A DNA stretch of 64,000 bases from positions 9,065 to 73,064 of the forward strand of contig JAXLUE010000007.1 of the NCBI GenBank assembly GCA_046329695.1, read 5' to 3'. Position 1 is the first letter of the stretch; each line of letters begins with the position of its first letter. The translations under genes and the position numbers were made by a program. Source of the DNA: Ferruginibacter sp. (lineage in GTDB: Bacteria > Bacteroidota > Bacteroidia > Chitinophagales > Chitinophagaceae). The notes under the pieces are model-generated. The model ran no database searches. It saw nothing but the letters and a program-made list of their open reading frames with translations, and was not told where the DNA came from. Of the stretch, positions 39,401 through 47,975 are shown piece by piece.

Positions 39401-40982
39401 GCCCGGATCTTATACTGTTGCTTACAATGTTGCGGTCAGTGGTTGTCAGTTGGCTGGTTCCAACACAGCTTCCATTACGATCAGTTCAACCGTAACACCG
39501 GTAACTGGATTTAGCTACACGACGCCTGTTTGTTCTAATGCAGGTAATCAATCGCCGATATTAACGACAGGTTTTACAACTGGTGGAACATTCAGTTCTA
39601 CAGCAGGCCTGTCGATCAACAGTACAACAGGTGTGATCGATGTGGCTGCCAGCACACCAGGGTCTTATACTGTTGCATACAATATTGCGGCAAGTGGTTG
39701 CCAGTTGGCAGGTTCTAACAATGCATCCATTACGATCAGTACAACGGTTACACCGGTAACCTCGTTCAGTTATACTACACCGGTTTGTTCCAATGCTGCC
39801 AGTCAATCGCCCACTTTAGTAAGTGGATTTACAACCGGCGGAACATTCAGCTCTACAGCAGGCCTGTCGATCAACAGTACAACGGGCGTGATCGATGTGG
39901 CGTCGAGTACGCCAGGGTCTTATACTGTTGCATACAATGTTGCGGCCAGTGGTTGTCAACTGGCTGGTTCCAACAATGCTTCAATCACGATCAGTTCAAC
40001 GGTTACACCGGTAACCTCGTTCAGCTATACAACGCCTGTTTGTTCTAATGCTGCCAATCAATCGCCCACTTTGGTAAGTGGATTTACTACCGGCGGAACA
40101 TTCAGTTCTACGGCTGGTTTATCGATCAACAGTACAACAGGTGTGATCGATGTGGCGGCGAGTACGTCAGGGTCGTACAGCGTTGCGTATAATATCCCGG
40201 CAAATGGCTGTCAGATTGCGGGCAGTAATTCTGCCAACATCAACATAAATTTAACCCCCGGCGCACCTGTGGTTACCAATGGCAGTTTATGTGGTGCCGG
40301 ACAGGTTAATTTGTCTGCTTCAGGACAAGGCATACTCAACTGGTATTCCGATGCGGGTCTTGCCAACCAGGTTAATACTGGCAGTCTGTATCAGCCAATA
40401 CTTAGCAACAGCAGCACTTTTTACGTACAGGCAAATAATAACGGTTGTCTGAGTCCGGTAAGCGCCGTTACAGCCACCATTCATGAAATTCCCGCCAAAC
40501 CGGAACTGGGTCCATCGCAATCTCTTTGCCCGGGAGACAGGATCACACTGAATGCAGGAAATTATGCATCGTACAACTGGAGCACCCTCGCAACTACACC
40601 AACGCTGACCGTTACTAATCCGGGATTATACTATGTTGTGGTGGGTAACGGAACAGGATGTACGCAGTCGGATTCCGTGAATATCCTGGCGGGTCAAAAT
40701 TGTGAAGACATCTACTTCCCCACTGCTTTTTCCCCCAATGGGGATGGTCAGAACGACCAGTTTGGTCCGTTAGGAAATGTGGCCGCCGTGTCTGATTATA
40801 CGTTGATCATTTATAACCGGTTTGGGGAATTGGTCTTCCGGTCAAACAGCGTTTACGGCAAATGGGATGGCCGCTATAAAAGCCTGTTGACACCGAACAC
40901 CAACTATGTATGGTTTTGCAATTATCGTTTCCAGGGCGGCGCCATCAGGCAGAAAAAAGGCAACCTGTTACTCATAAAATAA
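33453..40982 (+). CDS. Giant repeat-containing surface protein/adhesin with T9SS type B (gliding motility-associated) C-terminal domain
   Basis: 2509 aa. Signal peptide, two NGDF..GNDFAIDD carbohydrate-binding-like domains, an SprB-like segment, 20 tandem 85-aa repeats and a CTD IYFPTAFSPNGDGQND..IYNRFGELVF..WDG. Confidence 0.88.
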   Translation: MSIVDNIRMFAACKYIRAIVYSILMAGCFFACPGSSFAQVSPYSLLTNGDFESGGSGTGFQVPAPFVFLGTPPPLTGTSSPGDYAIIPNPQPMNTANFIAGTDHGGSGKMMVVDGTTVGGGQRFWKAGNSGGGVGPLTIGATYTFSYWKKTVSTTAVDASTAANISVAWNNASSVTLVAGSEQVSFPGVSSVWQQVKYSFIPTSAFVNIELYNNNSNSVGNDFAIDDVEVLPPPVPLSLRYSIVEPGCPNSSDGSVALYGSGGNGPYTYSFNASGFTANNLYTGLGPTFYPASVRDLIPNQVNAIPLITLTAPTDPLSISNGVAICLGQAAQPSANAVVPGTFNWTASPPDPTLVTPNINSPAVAPLVTTTYTVTFTYTRTRNLVYNGDFSLGDAGFYTEYSYLASNAAGAQWAYGITNNPNLFEPGFSNACTDHTGSSGNMMVVDGATNGTSVVWRQKIAVNPGTNYTFSYWLQSVAIPATPASIEAQINGTPITGSAVTSTLTAGALCGWVQYSFTWNSGANTFAEISLIDRTTAASGNDFAIDDISFTTATTCVSTKNVVISVSPPSVTGFSYTTPVCANAGSISPTLVSGFTTGGTFSSTAGLSLNTATGDINVSASIPGTYTVTYSVGSSGCSLGGTFNTSITISPITPPVTGFSYTSPVCTTAGNQSPSLAAGFSMGGTFSSTAGLSINSSTGVINPAASTPGSYTITYAIAAIGCQPAGSNTASITISAAITPVTGFSYTSPVCSNAANQSPTLSVGFTSGGTFSSSAGLSINAATGVINVAASTPGTYFVNYNIAASGCQLAGSNNGSITINPTITPVTSFSYTSPVCSNASNQSPILAGGFTTGGIYSSTAGLSINASTGAINVAASTPPEHMSSVTILLPVVAGWQVLNTNGIVINPVTAPVTGFSYSTPICTSAGNQSPILNSGFTSGGTFSSTAGLSINSSTGVINVAASTPGSYNITYSIAAIGCQLAGSQNTSVTISSTISPVTSFAYTSPVCATASSQMPSLSGGFAAGGTFTSTAGLSINSSTGQINVTASTPGSYTVTYNIAAAGCQLAGTGTAGFTINPTVSPVTGFSYATPICANAGNQSPILSGGFSTGGSFSSTAGLSINASTGVVNIAASTPGAYTIAYNISASGCQLAGSNTASILISPIVIPVTSFSYTSPVCSNAGIQAPALTSGFTPGGTFSSTPGLSVNASTGFINVAGSTPGTYVITYTIAAVGCQLAGSNTASMTISSTITPVTAFSYATPVCSNAGNQLPTLSPGFTTGGTFSSSAGLSINAGTGDINVGASTPGSYTVTYNIPASGCQLAGSNTANININPTITPVTGFSYTSPVCSNAGNQSPILTAGFTGGGTFSSTAGLSINPGTGVINVAGSTPGSYSIAYNVAASGCQLAGSQTATITITATTNPVTGFSYASPVCSNAGNQTAALAPGFTTGGIFSSTAGLSINGANGVINTSTSTPGTYTITYTIPSSGCRLAGTNTASITINSISTPVTGFSYTTPVCSNAGSQSPLLTAGFTNGGTFSSTAGLSINTATGVIDVAASTPGSYTVAYNVAASGCQLAGSNTASININPSTTPITGFSYTTPVCSNAASQTPVMVPGFTTGGTFSSTAGLALDPNTGVINVASSTTGTYIISYSIPSSGCQLAGTGTATITISSTINPVTGFSYTSPVCSNSGNQSPSLAVGFSPGGSFGSTMGLSINSSTGVINTAASTPGLYTITYTIAAIGCQFSGSGNTSITINPNTNPVTGFSYTSPVCSNAGNQSPILVSGFNTGGTFSSTAGLSINSSTGVINVAASTPGSYTVAYNIAASGCQLAGSNNASITISSTVTPVTTFSYTTPVCSNAASQSPTLVSGFTTGGTFSSTAGLSINSTTGVIDVAASTPGSYSVAYNIPANGCQLAGSNNASITISSTVTPVTGFSYTTPVCSNAANQSPILTTGFTTGGTFSSTAGLSINSTTGVINVAASTPGSYTVAYNVAVSGCQLAGSNTASITISSTVTPVTGFSYTTPVCSNAGNQSPILTTGFTTGGTFSSTAGLSINSTTGVIDVAASTPGSYTVAYNIAASGCQLAGSNNASITISTTVTPVTSFSYTTPVCSNAASQSPTLVSGFTTGGTFSSTAGLSINSTTGVIDVASSTPGSYTVAYNVAASGCQLAGSNNASITISSTVTPVTSFSYTTPVCSNAANQSPTLVSGFTTGGTFSSTAGLSINSTTGVIDVAASTSGSYSVAYNIPANGCQIAGSNSANININLTPGAPVVTNGSLCGAGQVNLSASGQGILNWYSDAGLANQVNTGSLYQPILSNSSTFYVQANNNGCLSPVSAVTATIHEIPAKPELGPSQSLCPGDRITLNAGNYASYNWSTLATTPTLTVTNPGLYYVVVGNGTGCTQSDSVNILAGQNCEDIYFPTAFSPNGDGQNDQFGPLGNVAAVSDYTLIIYNRFGELVFRSNSVYGKWDGRYKSLLTPNTNYVWFCNYRFQGGAIRQKKGNLLLIK
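35163..40265 (+). repeat. Intragenic tandem array: 20 x 255 bp (85 aa) repeats
   Basis: VTxFSY units start at 35163, 35418, 35673, 35928, 36186 and continue to 40011. Consensus FSYTxPVCSNAxNQxP..GFTTGGTFSSTAGLSINxxTGVINVAASTPGSYTVxYNIAASGCQLAGSNTASITI. Confidence 0.92.
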
Positions 40983-41026
40983 AAATGGCCGCCATCAGGC
41001 AGCCACTTCATCAACAATCATATGTA

Positions 41027-41227
41027 TTACCATGCTTTCTTGGCAACACCGTCTTTAACGGCTTGTAAAGCCTTGGCTTCAGCCAGCATGGTTGTCATTT
41101 TGTTGCCCTTGCCGTCATGACCCTGAGCCATATATCCGCCACGGGCGGTCTTGGTGATCACTGCATCCTGCATAGGAACGTCTTTCTCTTTCGTCTTCAT
41201 GCAATAAGCTGTTAACATTTTTGACAT
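41027..41227 (-). CDS. Small basic protein, DUF5679-like
   Basis: 66 aa, MSKMLTAYCMKTKEKDVPMQDAVITKTARGGYMAQGHDGKGNKMTTML..W. It resembles the AYCxKC..M..GxC..CGxKM family with most Cys lost. Confidence 0.65.
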   Translation of the reverse strand: MSKMLTAYCMKTKEKDVPMQDAVITKTARGGYMAQGHDGKGNKMTTMLAEAKALQAVKDGVAKKAW

Positions 41228-41330
41228 CTTCGTTGAATTTAGGTTACAAAAAAGTTGAAGTCTTGCTTCAGCCGACAAGCTAAGAAAATTCCCGGGTCTG
41301 CCCAAAAGAACTAACCCACAGCCTATCAAC

Positions 41331-41360
41331 AAAAAAGCCGCAGGTATTAGCCGCGACTTC
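41331..41360 (-). terminator. Terminator after gyrB
   Basis: Minus strand AAGTCGCGG-ctaata-CCTGCGGCTT followed by a U-tract. Confidence 0.55.
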
Positions 41361-41398
41361 TTTTCTATGTAGTCATGTCGAATTTCATAGGACATGTT

Positions 41399-43378
<1,980 letters not shown>

Positions 43379-43422
43379 AAATTCAATAAATCCTCCAAAA
43401 AATAGGTTATATCACAATCGGG

Positions 43423-43430
43423 CAAAGTTA
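43423..43430 (-). promoter_or_regulatory. Bacteroidota -7 promoter element for gyrB
   Basis: TAACTTTG on the minus strand about 45 nt upstream of the ATG. Confidence 0.5.
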
Positions 43431-43639
43431 AGCAAAATCAAGGGTTTCTGATCAATTAACAAGCTATTAATTTAGCATAGTTTTCCCCCGGGTTATCAAC
43501 AGTTTACAGCCCCCGGGACCTGTCCGTTCCGGGCCAAAACGCGGTCCTTCAACCAATTGCCCAGCACAACTGTTATCCATGAATGAAATACACCCGCGCG
43601 GATCGAACGAATAGCGTATATTTGCATCGAAATTTTTCA

Positions 43640-44581
43640 ATGAATCAATTCACCGATATACTGTCAATTTCCCACAAACAGCCTGTCATGCAGGAAGACC
43701 TGGACCTTTTGCAGGACGTTGTCAGGCATGTACCCGGATCAGTAACATACAGTATCCGCCGTTACAGGAAATTACCGCAATGGAACCTGGAAGACACCGG
43801 CATGCTGGTATATCATGTGGAAAAAGGAAATAAAGAGGCCAACCACCTCGAACTAAAATTCTGTGTGAGCGGGAATGTGTACTGCCGCGAAAAAAAACTG
43901 GAATGTAATTACTGCAAGTTCAATGAATCCAAGGGTTGTGTGGAAAAGATCGACAGCGTGGACGTGCTCAGTTTCACCTTCAGCCCCACATACCTCAAAC
44001 AATTTGCCAAGGCCCAAAAACAAACCCACAGCTTATCGGAAAATGTTTTGTCTTTCCGTCACCAGTCGGGTTTTTCAAAAATGCTCCCGCTTTGCGGAAA
44101 GACCAGGATTGCGATCGAAGCATTGCTGAACCATACTTATACCGACACGCTCGAGAATATCTTCATCAACGCCCAAACTCAGATCTTACTTCTATACAGT
44201 ATGGACTGTATGCTGGGTGAAAAAGAAGAAACATCATTCAATTGCAAGTTCCTGGCCAATGAGGCCGACCGTGAAAAGATCATGAAGGCCAGGGAGATCC
44301 TGCTGCAGCACATCGGCGAGCCGATCACCATCAAGGCGCTCAGCCGTAAAGTAGCCATCAACGAATGCTACCTGAAAAAAGGGTTCAAAGAAATTTTCGG
44401 CACCACGATCTTTGATTTTTACCAGGGTCAGCGCATGGAGCATGCGAAATATCTGCTATATGACAAAGGTCTCAGCGTGACCGAAGTGTCCATGATGCTC
44501 GGGTATTCTTCCATCTCACATTTCAGCACGGCGTTTAAAAAACATACAGGTATCAAACCCTGCGAGCTCCTGCTCCGCTAA
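43640..44581 (+). CDS. AraC-family transcriptional regulator (PchR/YbtA-like C-terminus) with Cys-rich N-terminal segment
   Basis: HTH region TIKALSRKVAINECYLKKGFKEIFGTTIF..GYSSISHFSTAFKKHTGIKP. TATATTTG at 43617-43624 favours ATG 43640 as the start. Confidence 0.9.
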   Translation: MNQFTDILSISHKQPVMQEDLDLLQDVVRHVPGSVTYSIRRYRKLPQWNLEDTGMLVYHVEKGNKEANHLELKFCVSGNVYCREKKLECNYCKFNESKGCVEKIDSVDVLSFTFSPTYLKQFAKAQKQTHSLSENVLSFRHQSGFSKMLPLCGKTRIAIEALLNHTYTDTLENIFINAQTQILLLYSMDCMLGEKEETSFNCKFLANEADREKIMKAREILLQHIGEPITIKALSRKVAINECYLKKGFKEIFGTTIFDFYQGQRMEHAKYLLYDKGLSVTEVSMMLGYSSISHFSTAFKKHTGIKPCELLLR

Positions 44582-44759
44582 TTTTACCGCGAATTACCAG
44601 TTCACCCAAAATAAAAAATGATGTTGGTCATTTTTTGATTTGATCATAGCCCCTCCATTGTCATGCATTTGTAAAAGAATTTGATGTTCAACCATCATGA
44701 CAATTCCATGATAATTCTCGCAGAGCGAATGGACAATTTTGCCCTCAAACGGTACTGCA

Positions 44760-46868
44760 TTGAAAAAAATGATTATTTCCGGGTTCCTTCTGACTTCATC
44801 CTGGCTTCCCTCCATGGCCCAGCGCAAAACCCAGGATTCCGTATTCACCAGGGAATTGAATGAAGTGGTTGTCACCGCTACACGAAACGAAAGAAAGCTG
44901 GGCAATGTGGCAGTGCCGGTCACCGTCATCAGTCAAAAAACCATCCAACAGGCCGCTTCGCTCAGGCTGAAGGATATCATCCAGGAACAGGCAGGATTAT
45001 TCATCACCAGTGGCTTTGGCGCCGGCGTGCAGATGCAGGGGCTTAACCCGGATTATACGCTGATCCTGATCGACGGGGAACCTCTCGTTGGCCGCACCTC
45101 GGGAGTGCTGGACCTGAACAGGCTAACAGTAGGGAATATACGAAAAATCGAGATCGTGAAAGGGCCTTCTTCCGGACTTTACGGTTCGGAAGCGCTGGCA
45201 GGCGTGATCAATATCATTACCGACAATTCATATAATAAATCTGGACAAGCCAGTTTCCGGTATGGCACATACAATACCATCGATGCCAATATATCAGCGG
45301 GTACGCGTATCGGTAAGCTTGGCCTACGCGCTTTTATCAACCAGTTCAGCACCGACGGATACAGCATACGCCCCTATACCGTGGAACGGTCGAAACTCCC
45401 GATAAGCCGCACCACACCTCAGTTACAGCTCAACCTTCCCCTGTCGGCCAGAACTAACTGGAGCCTTTCCGCCAGGTATAACCATGAATACATCAAAAAC
45501 GAACTGGCCGTTTCCAACAATGGCCAGACGATATACAGCAACGGCCGTGAAAGGAACCAGGACCTGAATGTTTCCACCACCCTTTCGCATTATTTCAACA
45601 GCAGCCTCAAATCTTCCCTGCGCCTGTACGGCACCAGGTTTGAAGGATCTCAAAAACTCAACGTAACGTCTGGCACCGGGTACGACGATTATTTCCTCCA
45701 ACAGTTTTACCGCGTAGAAAACCAGACGGATTTTAAAGTAAACAAACAACTATCCTTCACCGGTGGTGCCGGATACATAGAAGAATTTGTCAACAGCAGC
45801 CGGTACGACAGTAAGGACAGCAGAAAAAACAACCACGTTTACTATGTATTTGTACAGTCGGAATGGAAACCCCTGGAGAAACTCACCATGATCGGGGGAA
45901 TGCGATACGACAATAATCAACTGTACGCCTCGGCCTTTAGCCCGAAACTGGCCATCCGGTATAACATGAGTGACCGGTTTCACCTGCAGGCCTCTTATGG
46001 CCGCGGCTTCAAAGCACCCGATTTCAGGCAGCTCTACCTGAATTTCACCAACACCAGCGCGGGTAGTTATTCGGTATTCGGCGCATTGCAGGCGCAGTCC
46101 ATCATCGCCGAACTCAATGCCGCGGGATTGATCAAACAATATGAAGATGATTTTTACAAACTTCAGTCGCTCAAACCTGAATTTTCAAATGGACTCAACG
46201 TTGGGTTCACAGCATACCCCGTAGGCAAGATGCAAGTGCAGGTGAATGTTTTCCGTAACGACATCAAAAACCTGATCGAAGCGAGGCTGGTGGCCACCCG
46301 TCAGGACAATTCGCAGATCTACAGCTATATCAATATCCGCAGTGCATTTACCCAGGGACTGGAAACAACACTCAAATACCAGTTCAACAATTCTCTGCGT
46401 GCGGAGATCGGATACCAGTTCCTTCAAACAGCGGATAAAGAACAACTCAGAAAAGTGAAAGAAGGCAATTACTATTACACCAGGGATGAAAACAATTTCA
46501 GCGTCCCCCTAAAAAGATCCGATTATATCGGGCTGCCCAACCGAAGCCCGCATATGGGATCTGTCAAGTTCAGCTACGAAGACAAAAAAGGGCGCTGGTT
46601 TGCAAATATGCGTGCCATATACCGCAGCAAATGGGTAGTGAACGACCGCGACGGGAATGGGATCTACAATAAACAGGATGAGTTTGCCGATGGTTTCGTA
46701 TTACTCAATGCCAGTGCGGGTTACACGTTTACCAATGGCTTCAGGTTGCAGGCCGGTACCGACAATATCCTCGATCACGTGGATGCCATCAACCTGCCAA
46801 ATGCACCGGGGCGTACATTCTATGCCACCGTATCCTATCAGTTCGGAACAAAACAACAACAACCATAA
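44760..46868 (+). CDS. TonB-dependent outer membrane receptor (HmuR/CirA-like, probable heme/iron uptake)
   Basis: Signal peptide, TonB box ELNEVVVTATR, plug motif IEIVKGPSSGLYGSEALAGVINIIT, GFKAPDF and C-terminal PGRTFYATVSYQF. It is followed by hmuY. Confidence 0.9.
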   Translation: MKKMIISGFLLTSSWLPSMAQRKTQDSVFTRELNEVVVTATRNERKLGNVAVPVTVISQKTIQQAASLRLKDIIQEQAGLFITSGFGAGVQMQGLNPDYTLILIDGEPLVGRTSGVLDLNRLTVGNIRKIEIVKGPSSGLYGSEALAGVINIITDNSYNKSGQASFRYGTYNTIDANISAGTRIGKLGLRAFINQFSTDGYSIRPYTVERSKLPISRTTPQLQLNLPLSARTNWSLSARYNHEYIKNELAVSNNGQTIYSNGRERNQDLNVSTTLSHYFNSSLKSSLRLYGTRFEGSQKLNVTSGTGYDDYFLQQFYRVENQTDFKVNKQLSFTGGAGYIEEFVNSSRYDSKDSRKNNHVYYVFVQSEWKPLEKLTMIGGMRYDNNQLYASAFSPKLAIRYNMSDRFHLQASYGRGFKAPDFRQLYLNFTNTSAGSYSVFGALQAQSIIAELNAAGLIKQYEDDFYKLQSLKPEFSNGLNVGFTAYPVGKMQVQVNVFRNDIKNLIEARLVATRQDNSQIYSYINIRSAFTQGLETTLKYQFNNSLRAEIGYQFLQTADKEQLRKVKEGNYYYTRDENNFSVPLKRSDYIGLPNRSPHMGSVKFSYEDKKGRWFANMRAIYRSKWVVNDRDGNGIYNKQDEFADGFVLLNASAGYTFTNGFRLQAGTDNILDHVDAINLPNAPGRTFYATVSYQFGTKQQQP

Positions 46869-46896
46869 AACCTGACAATTAAAAAAAACGATCCAG

Positions 46897-47571
46897 ATGA
46901 AAAAAAACATCAGCATTTTTGGAATTATGACAGCCGCCGTACTGCTGTTCTCCTGTAAAAAAGATGATACGGTAACGCCAATTGATAAGACCAATGACGG
47001 CACATTCAAAGTGTTCACGGAAGGAAATGTGACCACCGTCCAAAACCTGATCGCCGACACCATCATCGGTCTGAACCCAATGGGTATCCCTTACGGTACG
47101 GGCAAATTCTCCTTCTTCAGTATTGAAAATAAAAGCCTGGTTGCATCATCAGATTCAGCCACCAACAAATGGGATATTGCCTTCCGCGGCACGACCATCC
47201 TGACCAATGCTGGCACCAGTGGCCCGGGTAACGGTGGTGGTTTTGTACAGGTAGGTACATTCGACGGACTGACCAGCATTTCGGCCGACTCCACCTTCCG
47301 TACCGATGCAGCCCCGCTGTACGCTATCCCAACAGGCTCCGGCAAAGGATGGTATAACTATGACGGACCCAATAACCTCATAACGCCGCTTCCCGGAAGG
47401 ATCCTCGTTATCCGCACAGCCACCGGCAAATATGCCAAGATGGAAATCCAGAGCTACTATAAAAAAGCCGTAACCCCATCGGCCTCTGCGAGCGATCAGG
47501 AAAAACTGAGCAACCAGCGTTATTATAATTTCCGGTTCACTTTTCAACCAGATGGCTCAAAAACTTTCTAA
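46897..47571 (+). CDS. hmuY: HmuY-family heme-binding lipoprotein
   Basis: Lipobox LFSC, WDIAF, GWYNY and IRTATGKYAKMEIQSYY motifs. Confidence 0.85.
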   Translation: MKKNISIFGIMTAAVLLFSCKKDDTVTPIDKTNDGTFKVFTEGNVTTVQNLIADTIIGLNPMGIPYGTGKFSFFSIENKSLVASSDSATNKWDIAFRGTTILTNAGTSGPGNGGGFVQVGTFDGLTSISADSTFRTDAAPLYAIPTGSGKGWYNYDGPNNLITPLPGRILVIRTATGKYAKMEIQSYYKKAVTPSASASDQEKLSNQRYYNFRFTFQPDGSKTF

Positions 47572-47591
47572 ATTAACTTTGATTGATTACT

Positions 47592-47625
47592 CAAAACAGG
47601 CAATCCGGAAGGGTTGCCTGTTTTG
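47592..47625 (+). terminator. Terminator after hmuY
   Basis: CAAAACAGGCAATCC-ggaa-GGGTTGCCTGTTTTG hairpin. Confidence 0.8.
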
Positions 47626-47670
47626 TTACCTGCATGACTTAGAAGTCAGTTAAAGGCCAAATACAGACAT

Positions 47671-47696
47671 AAAAAACGGGAGCAAACCGCTCCCGT
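47671..47696 (-). terminator. Minus-strand intrinsic terminator with no annotated upstream gene
   Basis: ACGGGAGC-ggttt-GCTCCCGT followed by a T-run on the minus strand. Confidence 0.7.
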
Positions 47697-47815
47697 GAAC
47701 CCTAAAACCCTAAATCAGCAAATCATCTATTCATTGCTCAGCAACAACTGCATACATCCAGGTTATGTACATATACAGCAGACTGGATCTTAACGTAGGA
47801 TATATGGCATTTATC

Positions 47816-47831
47816 ACGAATACTATGCCAA
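47816..47831 (-). promoter_or_regulatory. Sigma54-like -24/-12 promoter
   Basis: TTGGCATAGTATTCGT, i.e. TGGCA with GG-N10-GT spacing, pointing at the orphan terminator ~130 nt away. Confidence 0.4.
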
Positions 47832-47929
47832 TAAATCAATTCATGGTAAAAAGATGGATCATTTAACAAATCGCCCCACGCAGCATATGCGGAGAAGCCG
47901 GTTCCTGTCTGTTTACCAAGGCTTTTTGC

Positions 47930-47937
47930 TACCTTTG
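47930..47937 (+). promoter_or_regulatory. Bacteroidota -7 promoter element for ileS
   Basis: TACCTTTG 38 nt upstream of the ATG. Confidence 0.55.
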
Positions 47938-47975
47938 CAGCCTTATTCCATTTACATCTTATCGGATTTTATTAT

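Noticed and set aside
35163-40265. Regularly spaced repeats considered as a CRISPR array or DGR
   Set aside because: The 255-bp period is in frame with synonymous variation. There are no unique spacers, cas genes or reverse transcriptase.
41228-41395. N-terminal extension of the 122-aa ORF, and similar upstream extensions for glyQS, araC, the wecA-like gene, frr and the DHODH-like gene
   Set aside because: The extensions run through terminators or promoter elements or overlap neighbouring genes. Downstream ATGs fit better.
43400-43582. DnaA-box-like words (TTATCAACA at 43493, TTATCCATG at 43574) near gyrB suggesting oriC
   Set aside because: Only one or two mismatched boxes are present, with no clear cluster or unwinding element.
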